64,000 bases of DNA from Octopus bimaculoides. Taxonomy: Eukaryota. The notes below the pieces were generated by a model. The model did no database searches, had not been told where the DNA came from, and saw only the letters and a program-made list of their open reading frames with translations. The translations under genes and the position numbers were made by a program. Shown piece by piece: positions 1 through 11,700 of this stretch; the stretch's first letter is position 1; the number at the start of each line of letters is the position of its first letter. The DNA lies in the NCBI RefSeq assembly GCF_001194135.2, contig NC_068982.1:95320688-95384687 (forward strand). The letters run 5' to 3'.

Positions 1-357
1 GGGGAGCACATACGCCATAGAAACCGGGAAAACAGGCCCATGAGACTGGTTAGGTTTTAAAAGGGCGCAAAAAATATTATATCATATTATATTATATTAT
101 ATTATATTACATTATATTATATATTATTTATTATTTAATTGAACGGGATGCATCTATTTCAAAGTAAGTTTATCTTCACCTTTTTGATGCGACTCCCCAA
201 TCTATAAAGTTTTTTTCCACCATCCTTCTCTAATTCCCTTTTTATGCCCCTCTCTCCTTCACCGTTTTCTATCTCTATCCCTCTCTCTCTCATTTTCTTG
301 TGTTCTTTTTCTCTCTCTCTTGTTGCTCCCACGTGACCATCGGCCATCTTTCTTTTC

Positions 358-406
358 CTACTTTACATACTACTTTACATACTTTACATACTACTTTACA
401 TACAAC
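358..406. repeat. 12-bp tandem repeat (CTACTTTACATA) x4
   Basis: Four consecutive copies read directly. Confidence 0.85.
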
Positions 407-415
407 TGAGTAGGA

Positions 416-470
416 CTGAATCCGTAACCATATCGTTGCAAAGCGATCTTCTTCACCACCAACCTTGTCG
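416..470 (-). mobile_element. SINE family B, tRNA-head fragment
   Basis: GGACTGAATCCGTAACCATATCGTTGCAAAGCGATCTTCTTCACCAC resembles the reverse complement of the head of the SINE at 53533-53952. Confidence 0.4.
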
Positions 471-799
471 ACATGAACTCGGTCTTATGGAAGGTCGGCA
501 TCTTTCAAATCTGATTAAATACTCTGGGTGTAACAAGAAAACTAAACTTTGAAGGTTTAATTTTCGCTGTAATCTTCACATTTTGCTGCAGTGAAATCCC
601 AGAATTTGTAGTAGATAATGTAAAAGTTTAGGTGGTACATCATTCAGTGTATTACGTTAATGTGTAATACAGTGCGTTATAGAGTGTGTAACGTTCAAAG
701 GGTTCTCACTCGATATGTCCAATCACAATATTCCAAATGGAGGATTTTGTTAATGAAAAGAACGCCTGTGTGCAAAACTTTATGGATATATATTTATAT

Positions 800-928
800 N
801 NNNNNNNNNNNNNNNNNNNNNNNNNNNNNNNNNNNNNNNNNNNNNNNNNNNNNNNNNNNNNNNNNNNNNNNNNNNNNNNNNNNNNNNNNNNNNNNNNNNN
901 NNNNNNNNNNNNNNNNNNNNNNNNNNNN
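800..928. other. Assembly gap
   Basis: Run of N. Confidence 1.
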
Positions 929-2939
929 GTTACTAGGAGAACCGATATTTTTTTAATGAATCGGAAGGTAAATAAATTTTAGGGGATGTAATCTGTGATT
1001 GAAATTATAAACAGCGGAGGTAATTACTCTTTTGTTTGGAAAATAAATTTGTTATGTGTAAATCAAAAAGATACATATTCATAAATAAAATATTTACATA
1101 GTCAGAAATCGATTATAAGTTCATATTAAGGCGCGGTTGATATTTTTCAACTGAAACAAAACACGCCACTTATTAATACAAATTTATCGTCTTCAGAATG
1201 AGTTAAGTACATTCTAAACGTAGATAAAAATATAAGGCATTTTATATATTTTCAATTGCTCAGAAAAGAGAAAGTGGGCGCGCATGGCTTAAGCGCTGGA
1301 TTGATGGTCGTAAGATTGTGATATCGAATTCTGAACCAGGTGATGCGTTGTATTCTTGAACAAACATTTCATTTTCTGTTACTCTTGTCCACTCAGCTGG
1401 TAAAAATGAGTAATCTTGTGACGGACCGGCTTCCTGTCCAGGGAGGAATATACAAGCCAGAGAAACCAAGAAATCGGCCTTGTGTTCGTTCCGGAGTAAT
1501 GTGGACAAACTTGTAACGAAACAAATTTGTCGAACACCGTCCTTTTCAAACAGGATTCAAACACAGCACTACAAATTTATGAAGTCTTTATTAATAATAT
1601 GTTCTCAACTTTCAAAATAGTAAGCTATTTCAGCTTCAGTTGAGTGGAATTGTAAAGCGTTAAGTGTCTTTTAGAGATACTAACCTGTGTGATACTAACA
1701 CTGCATGCTTCTTTATTTGATGATAACGAGTTGACTTCAGTTTGATTTGAACTCAAGAAATTTAGATTACAAATAACAACAATTATAGTATAAAGTCCAG
1801 CATCTCCTAAATGATTCATCTCAATTCCTATAAAAACAATTAGATTATAGTTATTCTCATTGGAAAAAATAATCACCATTTTAAGTAGCAAATAAAAGAA
1901 ACGCCATTTAAACTATAATTAAATTTTAAAATTTCTTTGTAAGAATCTTTCCTTTGTAACACGGAAAAAGTTCTATTAATGGTTGTATAAGAATTAAATT
2001 GTAATGCTTCCTGTTCTTTCTTTTCTTTTCTTTCTCAGTTATACTGGTACACATCTTGGCTTTATACTTTTATTTATCACGATAAAAATAACGTGTTAAT
2101 TAGAATTCCTTTATAATCGTGTATACTAATGTTACGTAGAGACATTCCTGCCTTTCCAAATTGTGAATTAAGTAGTTTTCAAAACGTATATCGATAGTGG
2201 TTTGTATAAATATTTCCAGTTGGTTCGTAGTATTTTCGTCCTTTTACTTAAATAGCTTATATCTTAAATCGACTTCGAGGAAATATTTACACAATAAGTA
2301 GTAGAATGGTAGTATGAAGGAGAACTATGGCTGTATTTAAGATAAAGGAGCTCAACGATAATAGTTCTATTGAATATTTATATTTTAAAATGGAGTCCAC
2401 TTTTTCTTGGCTGATTTATTCTAAATGACAATCGATTGGTAGATTTCACTTCAACTTATAAATAAGTTAGTGCTGGCTGTTTCATGTGAACTACGTTACC
2501 ATCATCTTATCAATATTACAGTGCTCTTGGTGAGCCAGCCAACAAGCGAGCCTCTATTCAAACTTAAGGAAAAAAGCAGCCAAATTACCCATAAATCAAA
2601 CTTTATTCTCTTTAACAAAATACATAATACTGCATTGGGTAATGTAGTGTTAGATGCACATTGATTAAAAAAAAATTAGATGAGATATTCATGGCGAGAA
2701 CGTTTTCAGTCATAAGTTTGCTCTGCCAGCCTCCACCTGAACATAAATAACTACAACAGGCTAACGAAAGAACCGCTATGAAATTGCTCGACGTGCGAGA
2801 AATAAGCCTCAAATATACATCAAATCACACCCAGCATCGTAAATAGTGAAATCCTAAATACACCGTTATGCCTATGAAAACAAATTGCAAATACATTTGA
2901 TCATAGGTCTGCCAGATTAAGTCTCACTCGGGTACTATA

Positions 2940-2998
2940 AGCTGCTGCTGCTATTATTGCTGCTTCTGATGCTGCTGCTACTACTACTACTACTAATA

Positions 2999-3049
<51 letters not shown>

Positions 3050-3050
3050 C
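2940..3050. repeat. Compound (CTG)n/(CTA)n microsatellite
   Basis: Read directly. Confidence 0.9.
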
Positions 3051-3479
3051 TACTTTATCTTATTATTGTTAATAGACCATGAGTCAATAGAATCTGATCG
3101 AGAGTTTGTTTCGTTCTGAGAATGAGCAGATTGTAATTTCAATGGATCTTAAAGAAAAATAATTTCAAAGTAAGTCTTCCTCGATAAAATGGGTAACTTT
3201 AGTAAATGCCTGCTTTACATTGGCTGTGTACAGTTGTACACAGACAGTGTAAGGCACTATAATACACACAAATCTAACTGCCTGTTTGTGCTTAGTACTG
3301 TGATTAACCTGCTGTTGTTGCTGCTGTTGTTGCTGCTGTTGTTTAGTCCAAGGCCAGACTTAAATAAGTGCACCTTGGATAAAAGGCGTTCTAGTCGTGA
3401 CCAACCAACATTTTAGGGCTATCAAGGACTACATTATCCCTGGTACTAAAATAATCCTTACGACCAAGAATCCACATTG

Positions 3480-4930
3480 AGCTACGAGCACAGGACAAAT
3501 GGAATTCGTATGTAACTGTAAAAAGAGATTCTCCACTGTGTGTGGCACAGCAGCGCATTCTCCAGTATATAAAATGTTGGAAAAACAAAGCCAGAACTAG
3601 CACCACAGTACCAAGGATATCCATACTGTTGATTTAAAAGAAGAATTTGTACAGGCTCTTGAGACCAGAGCTGTAAGCTCAATTTGCCGCCTGCAAGTGC
3701 AAAAGAAGAATGCTAGACACTGTACTAGAAAATAGTCGTCCAGAAACTGAATATGTTCATAGGGAGGGGCACTCTAGAACACAAGCTAGACATTGTTTAT
3801 ACAATCTACATAGACGCCTATGGCGTAAGAATGTCAAAAATGAAAATCCAGACGCCAGTGAGATATGATAACATCCAGAGGAAGAAATAAGATTCGAAGA
3901 AACAGCTGAAAGTTTTTCGGAATTTAAGAAACAAGGAGTAGAAAAGCTCTGGAGAAACTGCAGAACGAGGCATAGTGCTCTCAGTAAAACAGAAGCAGAA
4001 AAGAAGCAGAAAAGAAGCAGAAAGGAAAATATACGAGATTCCCTTTTCAGCGATTCCTTCTAATTTGTCAGGAACTATTCGAGCAGCCAAAATCTTGGAC
4101 ACTTCCAGTAGACAAAGAAGTTATTGGGTAGTATCATAAGAAAACATTCAGACTCACAGAACGATACGTCACTTCCAATCCAGGATCTTGTATTGTTTGC
4201 TTTGCCAGGAGAATTGTGCGATGACAAACTACCAACACTTGGTGAAGTAAGGAAGAAAACCAGAGCCAAACCATCACCAGAGCCAAACGGAATATCCTAC
4301 CCGTTGTACAGGAGATGTCCCAGTGTCCTTGAGTGGATCCACAATATGATATGGCCAGCATGGGAGAACTTGATGATCAGTGACCAATGGATGAAGGCCG
4401 AAGAAGTATACATTCCGAAAGAGCAGAACTCAAGCGACATAAGCCAATTCAGACCAATATCATTTCTGAATGCTGAAGGAAAAAAATCTTCTTTCTTATG
4501 GCAGCAAGGCCAAATAAATATCTCACAGAGAATATGTGCTTGGATATGTCAGTTCAGAAGGAAGGCATTTTTGGAGTGTCAGGTTGTAGAACAGGCTTTA
4601 ATGATTTTGAAAGCAATCCAAAGAGCGAACGCAGAAATGAGAGACCTTGATGTGATATGGCTCGATGTGGAGAAAGCCCACAATTCGACCCTCCACCCAA
4701 AAAGATGATTTAAGTAACTCCTGAAATGAATCATCTTCCAAAGAACATCCGTGGTTTCTCAATTCGATTTTACATAAATGAGTACACCAGAGAGTATGTC
4801 TGGATCAGTTTGGAAGTGGGCAAAGCAATGAGATGTTCAATCTCCCCTATATTGCTTGTGTTGGCAATGTAGGTCATCCAGAAGGCAGCAGTGGAATGGT
4901 CAGCTGGTTCTCGTCGAGAAGGCTCTGAGT
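3480..4930 (+). mobile_element. Degenerate HERO-like (RLE-type, R2/NeSL group) non-LTR retrotransposon, N-terminal part to mid-RT
   Basis: ORF 4124-4708 contains PNGISYPLYRRCP, WMKAEEVYIPKEQNSSDISQFRPISFLNAEGK and WLDVEKAHNS. Downstream WISLEVGKAMRCSISPILLVLAM matches the HERO-type RT motif (GIAMGCTISP). A Zn-finger-like relic CNCKKRFSTVCGTAAH lies near 3500. Frameshifts and stops are present. Confidence 0.8.
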
Positions 4931-4990
4931 GAGTCGTTGTTGTAGCATTGACTTTGCACTGCAGTCAATAATATTAAGCGACTACATTTA

Positions 4991-5220
4991 AGGCGGGGAG
5001 CTGACGGAATTGTTCGCATGCCAGGAAAACTAATGCTTAGTAGTATTTTATCCGTGTTCACGTTCTAAGATCAAATGTCACCGAGGTCGGCTTTGCTTTT
5101 CATCTTTTTGGGGTTGATAAAATAAGTACCAGTTGAGAATTTGTGGGCGGGGTCGATGTAATCGACTTACCCTATCCCTTGAAATTGCTGGCCTCGTGCC
5201 GAAATTTGAAACTAATATTA
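4991..5220 (+). mobile_element. tRNA-derived SINE family A, full length
   Basis: AGGCGGGGAGCTGACGGAA head, TTCTAAGATCAAAT B-box-like segment, central GCTTTTCATC..GGGTTGATAAAATAAGTACCAG domain and GGCCTCGTGCCGAAATTTGAAAC tail. More than ten homologous copies in this window. Confidence 0.85.
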
Positions 5221-5244
5221 ATAGACTAAGCGACTCACTACGCA

Positions 5245-5249
5245 TGTGT

Positions 5250-5300
<51 letters not shown>

Positions 5301-5360
5301 TGTGCGTGTGTGCATGATCGTGTATGCACGTTCATGTGTGCACGCGCGCGGGTGTACTTA
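5245..5360. repeat. (TG)n microsatellite
   Basis: Read directly. Confidence 0.9.
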
Positions 5361-5594
5361 TGAGTATTTGTGTTCATGTACTTGGGATGAATGTGTGTAT
5401 TTGTTATCGTTTGCAAACGGAAGAAAAAGAACGCAAAACATTCTGAACAATACATACCTATTAGGAAGCATTTGAAATTTAGCTCCGCTCTTACACAGAG
5501 CTTCGCACTTTGCGCGGTCGTTCCAGCAATTATGAATAGACTAAACCACACGGAAGTAAGTTATTGGTCCTCTCCTTGAATCTATGTATATGCA

Positions 5595-5965
5595 TTGTAT
5601 CTTTTACTTGTTTCAGTCATTGGACTGCGGCCACACTAAATGGTTTCAGTCGGGCAAATCGACCCCATGACGTATTTCTAAGTCAGGCACTTATTTTATC
5701 GGTCTTTTGCCAAACTAAGTAACAGGGACTTAAACAAAACAAAACTGGTTGTCAAACGGTGGGTTGGGACAAATACAGACACAACGACATGCACACATAC
5801 GCACACATATACACGACAGGGTTCCACACAGTTTCCATCTTGCAAATTTACACGACATTGTTCGGTCCGGGTCTATAGTAGAAGACACTTGCCAAAGATG
5901 CTTCGCAGTTTCAACCGAACTCGAAACGGCGTGATTCCAAAAGGAGATTCTTAACCACACAGCTA
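5595..5965 (-). mobile_element. tRNA-derived SINE family B with internal CA tract
   Basis: Reverse-complement match to 53533-53952 (TACTTGTTTCAGTCATTGGACTGCGGCC ... CTATAGTAGAAGACACTTGCC ... TTAACCACACAGC). Confidence 0.8.
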
Positions 5966-6419
5966 TACCTGAGCCTATATGTGGGTGTGTGTTTGCAAGC
6001 GTGCGTGTGTATGTGTGTCTAATTTTAACGTAAGATATTTCTCATAACCAGACATGTTTTCATGATACCAACAGTTTAATTCGAAAATGAAACTTTGGAA
6101 GTCTCAATAACGGGAAATGAATAGATTTAAGACCATTTAAAAAAACAGATTGACAAGGAAATGTGAAAAGTACTACAGATCAAAATTGAACACTTTCGTA
6201 TGTACTTAAACGAAAAGCTATTTGTTCTCTATTAACATAAACGTGTGTATGTGTGCGTGTGTGTACGTGTGTGTGTGCGCGTATGCGTGTGTGTGTTATG
6301 TCTGCATATGTGTGCGTTTGTGTATCTAACTGCATGTTTTTGTGTATAGCTGTGTAAATTGGTACTAACACCAAGAAATGTAACGTAGCCGTTCGATAAT
6401 TTACAGATCGATAAAGTAA

Positions 6420-6525
6420 GTAATTCACTTAAATAAGTACTGGTGCTTATATGAACGTCTAAAACCGTATTTCACAAGTGTTACTCCAGCACGGCCGCAG
6501 TTCAGACACTGAAACCAATGAAACA
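6420..6525 (+). mobile_element. SINE family B 3' fragment
   Basis: AATAAGTACTGG ... CTCCAGCACGGCCGCAGT ... CTGAAACCAAT tail motif. Confidence 0.55.
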
Positions 6526-6984
6526 ATGAAAGGATTATATATTGCCCAGATAATTACCTGTCTTAGAATTGCTTATTATGTGTTTTGTATGCGATTTACT
6601 ATTTACATTAAGCTGGTTATTTAAGAGATTTACAAAACAGAAACGGAAATATATAAATTTACAAGACAGCAGTGTCACACAGATTTACTTTCACCGAATA
6701 TAACTTCGGTTTCTTGTGTATTTTGCCTCTAACTTTATTTTATTATTCCGGCCATAGAACAAGATATACTAATGGGATGTGCATTGATCTTAGAGAATGG
6801 ATACATGTAAAGAAAGGCAACAGATATACTGTGATATTGATATGTCTGAAACAATTCAATATCAAGGCTATCTTCTGGATTCCTGGAATTGATAAAAGCT
6901 ATATGAAGCATGATCTGCATAATTTCTTGATAGTATCGTTGTTCTTTGATGACGAAGTGGATAGTTACAGCAAACATTGTTGAT

Positions 6985-7283
6985 GATTATGAAGAGAAGG
7001 TGGTGGTGGTGGTGGTGGGGAGGGGTTCACAATGATTATGATGATGATGATGATGGTGTGTGTATGTGTGCCTGTGCATGATGGGAATGATTAGGAGGAG
7101 GATGTTGATGATGCTGGTGTTGAGGAAGACGACGAGGCCAAGTACGACGACGGCGATTATGCAAAGGAGGAAGAAATGCAGTAGCGGAGGAGGATTCTGA
7201 TGACATTGATAAGTTCTTTTTCTGAAAATCAGTCTCACAACAGCAACAATAACAACAACAATAATAATAATAATAATAATAAT
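6985..7283. repeat. Compound GGT/GAT/GAG low-complexity tract ending in (CAA)n(TAA)n
   Basis: Read directly. Confidence 0.8.
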
Positions 7284-7289
7284 TTTACG

Positions 7290-7654
7290 TGTACGTGATA
7301 AAGAGCTGGAAATGGTGGAAAAATATAAATTATTAAAAGACGAAATTGCTAGTATGTGAGCAATGAGGAGAGTAACTGTTATCCCAGTAATTGTAGGTGC
7401 AGACTAAGCACTAATATATCGGAGAAATGGAATTGACATGAGGGAAGAGCATGGCCCCCAAAACTGCTCTATTGAGGACAGTTAGGATTTTGAGATTGGA
7501 GCTTGGGTAATGAAGGTCTTCCACGATATTTTAAAATCCAAGCACCGAGTTTTATAATTTGCGGGATGAGACCCTGTGAAACCCCTGACAACAGGTTGCA
7601 GTCTACTTTCACAGACGCAACCAGAGCAAATAAGACAGAGAGCTCTGAGAAGTA

Positions 7655-7720
<66 letters not shown>
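7290..7720 (+). mobile_element. R4/Dong-like RLE LINE, 5'-truncated 3' end with (TAA)n tail
   Basis: Translates DKELEMVEKYKLLKDEIASM*AMRRVTVIPVIVGA ... KTALLRTVRILR, typical of the R4-clade C-terminus. (TAA)n on both sides (7260-7283, 7655-7720). Confidence 0.8.
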
Positions 7721-7721
7721 C

Positions 7722-7857
7722 ATCAACTAGTACTTATTCTATCGACTCCGAAAGGGAAACTCAACCTCGGCGGAATTTGAACTCAGAACCTGAAGACGGA
7801 CGAAATACTGCCAAGCATTTCACCCGGCATGCTAACGATACTGCCAGCTCACTACCT
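7722..7857 (-). mobile_element. SINE family A, 5' half
   Basis: TACTTATTCTATCGACTCCGAAAGG ... GGAATTTGAACTCAGAAC ... CTGCCAGCTC. Confidence 0.85.
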
Positions 7858-7878
7858 AAATAATAATGAGGAGAAGGA

Positions 7879-7990
7879 GAAGAAGAAGAAGAAGAAGAAG
7901 AAGAAGAAGAAGAAGAAGAAGAAGAAGAAGAAGAAGAAGAAGAAGAAGAAGAAGAAGAAGAAGAAGAAGAAGAAGAAGAAGAAGAAGAAG

Positions 7991-8055
<65 letters not shown>
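7879..8055. repeat. (GAA)n 7879-7992 followed by (CAA)n 7993-8055
   Basis: Read directly. Confidence 0.95.
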
Positions 8056-8057
<2 letters not shown>

Positions 8058-8690
8058 TGGACGTACACTAAGAAGCTCTCTCGACAAAGAATTAATCCAA
8101 TAACGTCGGTGCAGTGGAAGGAAAACGTCGCAATACAACTTGTGAGAAATTTTCTGTTAACCCAAAGGAACTAAAAAAAATCGAAAAGATTTTTATTAAA
8201 TAGTGTAGTTTCTTTATTAAATGCGCGGAAATGTCAATGTGGCATACGCAAGACGTCGAGACTGTACGGTCAGTTTGCAAAAGATGTGAGCGCAATGACA
8301 AATACAGGGGACCAGTGGCTATGGATGAGGAGGCGTGTCCTGGAGATAGAAGTACTCATATGCGCAGCTCAGGAACAAGCGTTAAGTACCAATTATATGA
8401 AGTGCAGAATTGACAACAGTACTGATAGCGACAAATGCAGAATGTGCGGTGAGAGGGGTGAAACAGTATGGCACACCGTTTGCGAATGCCCGAAATTGGC
8501 ATAACGCGAATCTAAACGACGCCATGAGAATGTGGCAAAATGATCCGTTGGGAGCTCTGTGGAAATCACGGCCTAGAAAGAGCAAACCCCAGAAGGTGTC
8601 ACCGAAAATGAGAAGTGCAAAATACTGTGGGATGTAATGATCCAATGCGATCACCTGACCAGACATAGTGCTTTCAAACTAGTCGATTAC
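8056..8690 (+). mobile_element. R4/Dong-like RLE LINE fragment (post-RT, CCHC zinc knuckle, start of restriction-like endonuclease)
   Basis: RLYGQFAKDV, LICAAQEQALSTNYMKCRIDNSTDSDKCRMCGERGETVWHTVCECPKLA, RRHENVAK, ENEKCKILWDVMIQCDH. Homologous to 51500-52000. Confidence 0.9.
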
Positions 8691-8900
8691 TTTCGCTATA
8701 CCAACCTGACAAAGAACAAAAAAAGTATTATATCCCATCAGTGGCTACAGGAGACACTCTGTTAAAAAAAAATCAACTCGAGTATCAACAAAGTACATCA
8801 GCCATACTATAACAAAATGCAGAGAAACATATTGTTGCAAAGAGAACATATTCAAACCTTTCTTTATGTCCATAGTAACTGTTTTAGTGAGACATTTTCT

Positions 8901-9134
8901 TATTTCTTTATTGCCCACAAGGGGCTAAACACAGAGGGGACAAACAAGGACAGACAAAGGGATTAAATTCGATTTCAGCGACCCCCAGTGCGTAACTGGT
9001 ACTTAATTTATCGACCCCGAAAGGATGAAAGTCAAAGTCGACCTCGACGGAATTTGAACTCAGAACGTAACGACAGACGAAATACCGCTAAGCATTTAGC
9101 CCGGCGTGCTAACGTTTCTACCAGCTCGCCACCA
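8901..9134 (-). mobile_element. SINE family A subfamily, full length, with 17-bp target-site duplication
   Basis: TTAGTGAGACATTTTCT at 8884-8900 and 9135-9151 flanks a well-preserved SINE body. Confidence 0.92.
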
Positions 9135-10659
9135 TTAGTGAGACATTTTCTGCCTACTCTTTTGCTTAATATTGATGTAATTAACAAATACAACTATAGG
9201 GGTACACATTTTCATTTATATCCTGTATATGAATAAAATATTTAAAAAGAAAAATACCGAGTTGAAACACTTATAACATTAAAAAAATGAATTATTAACG
9301 ACGGAAGCGGTAATTTTGCGATTCTCTAAAAGTAGTTTTATTGAAACAAAATTTGGCTATTGAACTATTGAATGTGGATTGTTTCCTATCCATTTCGGAC
9401 CACTTTATTTGCTAAAAGACTTTCCTCCTATTATTCACAGTGATGTACTTAGCCGAGGTATTGTAATAATAACTTCTTGTAATAAAAGGACAGTAAAGAC
9501 ATCTCATGGCTCTGTGAAGATCAGTTGGATTGGTCTATATTTGTATTGTATTATCTTGTTTCTTCACAATCATCAAATATCGAAAACCCAGTCAATTGTT
9601 TCTTGAATGCTATAATACTATTTAACTCTATAGATTTTAATCTTCGTGCCACAACTCTTCTTAATGCTTCAGGATTTCTTCTTGGCATATGTGTAACTGG
9701 TGTTATTATAGCATCAAAAGTAAGTCTTTATTCCCCTTCAAGAATATTATAACCTTCAAATATATCTGTAATCTTTTCTGATACATCTGCAATATTTGAT
9801 GATATTTGTGTTGTAAGTTATTTAACCCTTTGAAGTAAGTTAGGATTTATTTAATCTTCACCACCAAGCATTGGTTTCTTAATTAAGGTAATCACAATAA
9901 AGCACATCGAATTAGTGCAATCGCTTTAAGCAACAGTGATAATTACTTCTCTTGCAGCTGTCATTGTATACTCTACAAAGGACTATAGAATTAGCAATAA
10001 GTTTGGATAACTTTTTCAGCAACAGCCAGTTTTATATAACTAAGGCTAACAATATTCTTGTTTACTTACCATCAATTGACAATGTATCATAGCCGCAGTG
10101 AGTGGCCACCACCTAGTATGACTACAAGCACTGTATATATTATGGCTAATTTTAGATGGGTCAGCAGTTTTAAACATGCATACTTTTTTAAGATGAGGTC
10201 TTTTTATTCAACCAGTAATATCTGAATTGCTTGAATGTGGCTGTTTTGGGCATTGCAGGCTTTTATTTATAACAAGTAATTCATTAAAAGTAAAACTAAT
10301 GAATGACAATAAATATGAATCCTTGACAAGAAAAGAGAGGAGACTTCATAATTGCTTTTGTGTATTTATTGTTTTTGATAGAAATAATCGAAATAAATTA
10401 AAGTACTATAGAAAGTACTTCAGCAATTATAAATGTCAGTGATTTTTAAAAGTCAATTGAATAATAATAATGTGTAAATAGTATTGTACTTTATAAATAC
10501 CATAAGTATAATTGATATCAATGGTTTTAAATAAGAAAATAGAAAAATAACGTCAGTTACGAATTATATTATATTTTAATATCTTAATAATGAGAAAGAA
10601 GAAACGCGAACAGTTATAAAAGAAAAAAAATCAAAGACAGGAAAATTATACTGAACTGC

Positions 10660-11700
10660 ACCACCAACGACACATACTTTATGTCAGAATTGAATTCGAA
10701 TGAAATGAGAGATTTGCGTGCAGTTCTGGCTTCAATTGTAAGGCGACTCTTGTAATTAGTCAATAAAATTTATCATAGAAAACAATGTCCTATGAGTATT
10801 TCGACGAAAACATTGTTACTATTGCCACTGTATGATTTTGCAGTAAAAATTTCAGGGATGTAATTTCAGAGTTTCAGAGATGCGCCTTCTGCATTTTCTA
10901 CAATATTCCTGTCACGAGTGTTCTAATTTAGATTTCAAGTCAACAAATATTTGTCGGTAAATTGAGTTACTTTGTAAAATGACCACTCGCATCTCGAAAT
11001 TTTTCAAATGAATTCTCTGCAATATTTCTGAATCCAACTAATCTAAAGTTACTCCAGCCGGCTCACTTAATGAATCTTGAGCTATCTTCAAATGACCTGA
11101 ACTGATTAAATCTTAAAGAAAATTGATCAGTAGTTGACTAAATAATTACTTTTGAATTCTCTGAATGTCGATTTTCTAATGAATCTGAAGATCAATCATG
11201 TGCTTTTTTTAAATTTGGAAAAAATTTAATGTAACAATTTCATTTCAAATGCGTGTATGTACTCAAACTTAGCATCAAGTGTTTTGATACGTCGCTGTAA
11301 ACTGCTGTTTAAATCATTTAAAAGTGACGAGAATTCTGTAAAATTAAGCATTAATCTACAAATCCACACGCTTTTTATTCGTCTAGAGTAGATGTATTTC
11401 ATGCAAACACTAAACAAAATTTTAAGGACAAATCCTTGATTAAGCTTGCGAACAGAGTTGTCCTATGTACTGTGATTTTAACCTGACCAATAAATTCAGA
11501 AATTGTCTTTTTCTGAGAGCGTGTGAGGAAAGAGTTACAATTTTCATCACATATTCAGGTTCATCAATACCAGCTTTTGTATACCAGGCCTCCTCATGTA
11601 CAATATAATGTAAGGCTGCCAGTTGATGTCGAGTGTACCAAATAAAACAGAAAGCGAAATTGAAATAACCGTTTTGGAGAGGAAGATGCAACGTCTCAGA
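10660..11700 (-). mobile_element. Degenerate hAT transposase (SPIN/Charlie, GTF2IRD2-like), C-terminal half
   Basis: ALHYIVHEEAWYTK...VMKIV...ALRKRQFLNLL..LKSQY (cf. HCIIHQEALC..VMKVV..LNHRQF), FSSLLNDLNSSLQ..FEYIHAFEMKL (cf. HLNDLNLSLQG..AF..KL) and YKSRLT near the dimerisation domain end. TIRs not found. Confidence 0.7.

Noticed and set aside
660-982. ORFs containing X runs (also near 21.1, 24.2, 40.0, 45.0 and 60.2 kb)
   Set aside because: They stay open only because they cross N gaps and (TA)n.
7761-8174. Poly-K/R/E/N/S/L ORFs here and at 20269-20634, 50192-50557, 59145-59443
   Set aside because: Translations of trinucleotide microsatellites, not genes.
9290-9990. Idea that in-frame TAA codons mean a ciliate-type genetic code (parasite DNA)
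   Set aside because: A frameshift is also needed, TAA is the commonest chance or decay stop in AT-rich DNA, and the flanks are host SINEs. Ordinary decay is sufficient.
10070-10230. GGGHS motif suggesting an FAD-linked oxidase
   Set aside because: Needs frameshifts on both sides and the downstream sequence does not fit.
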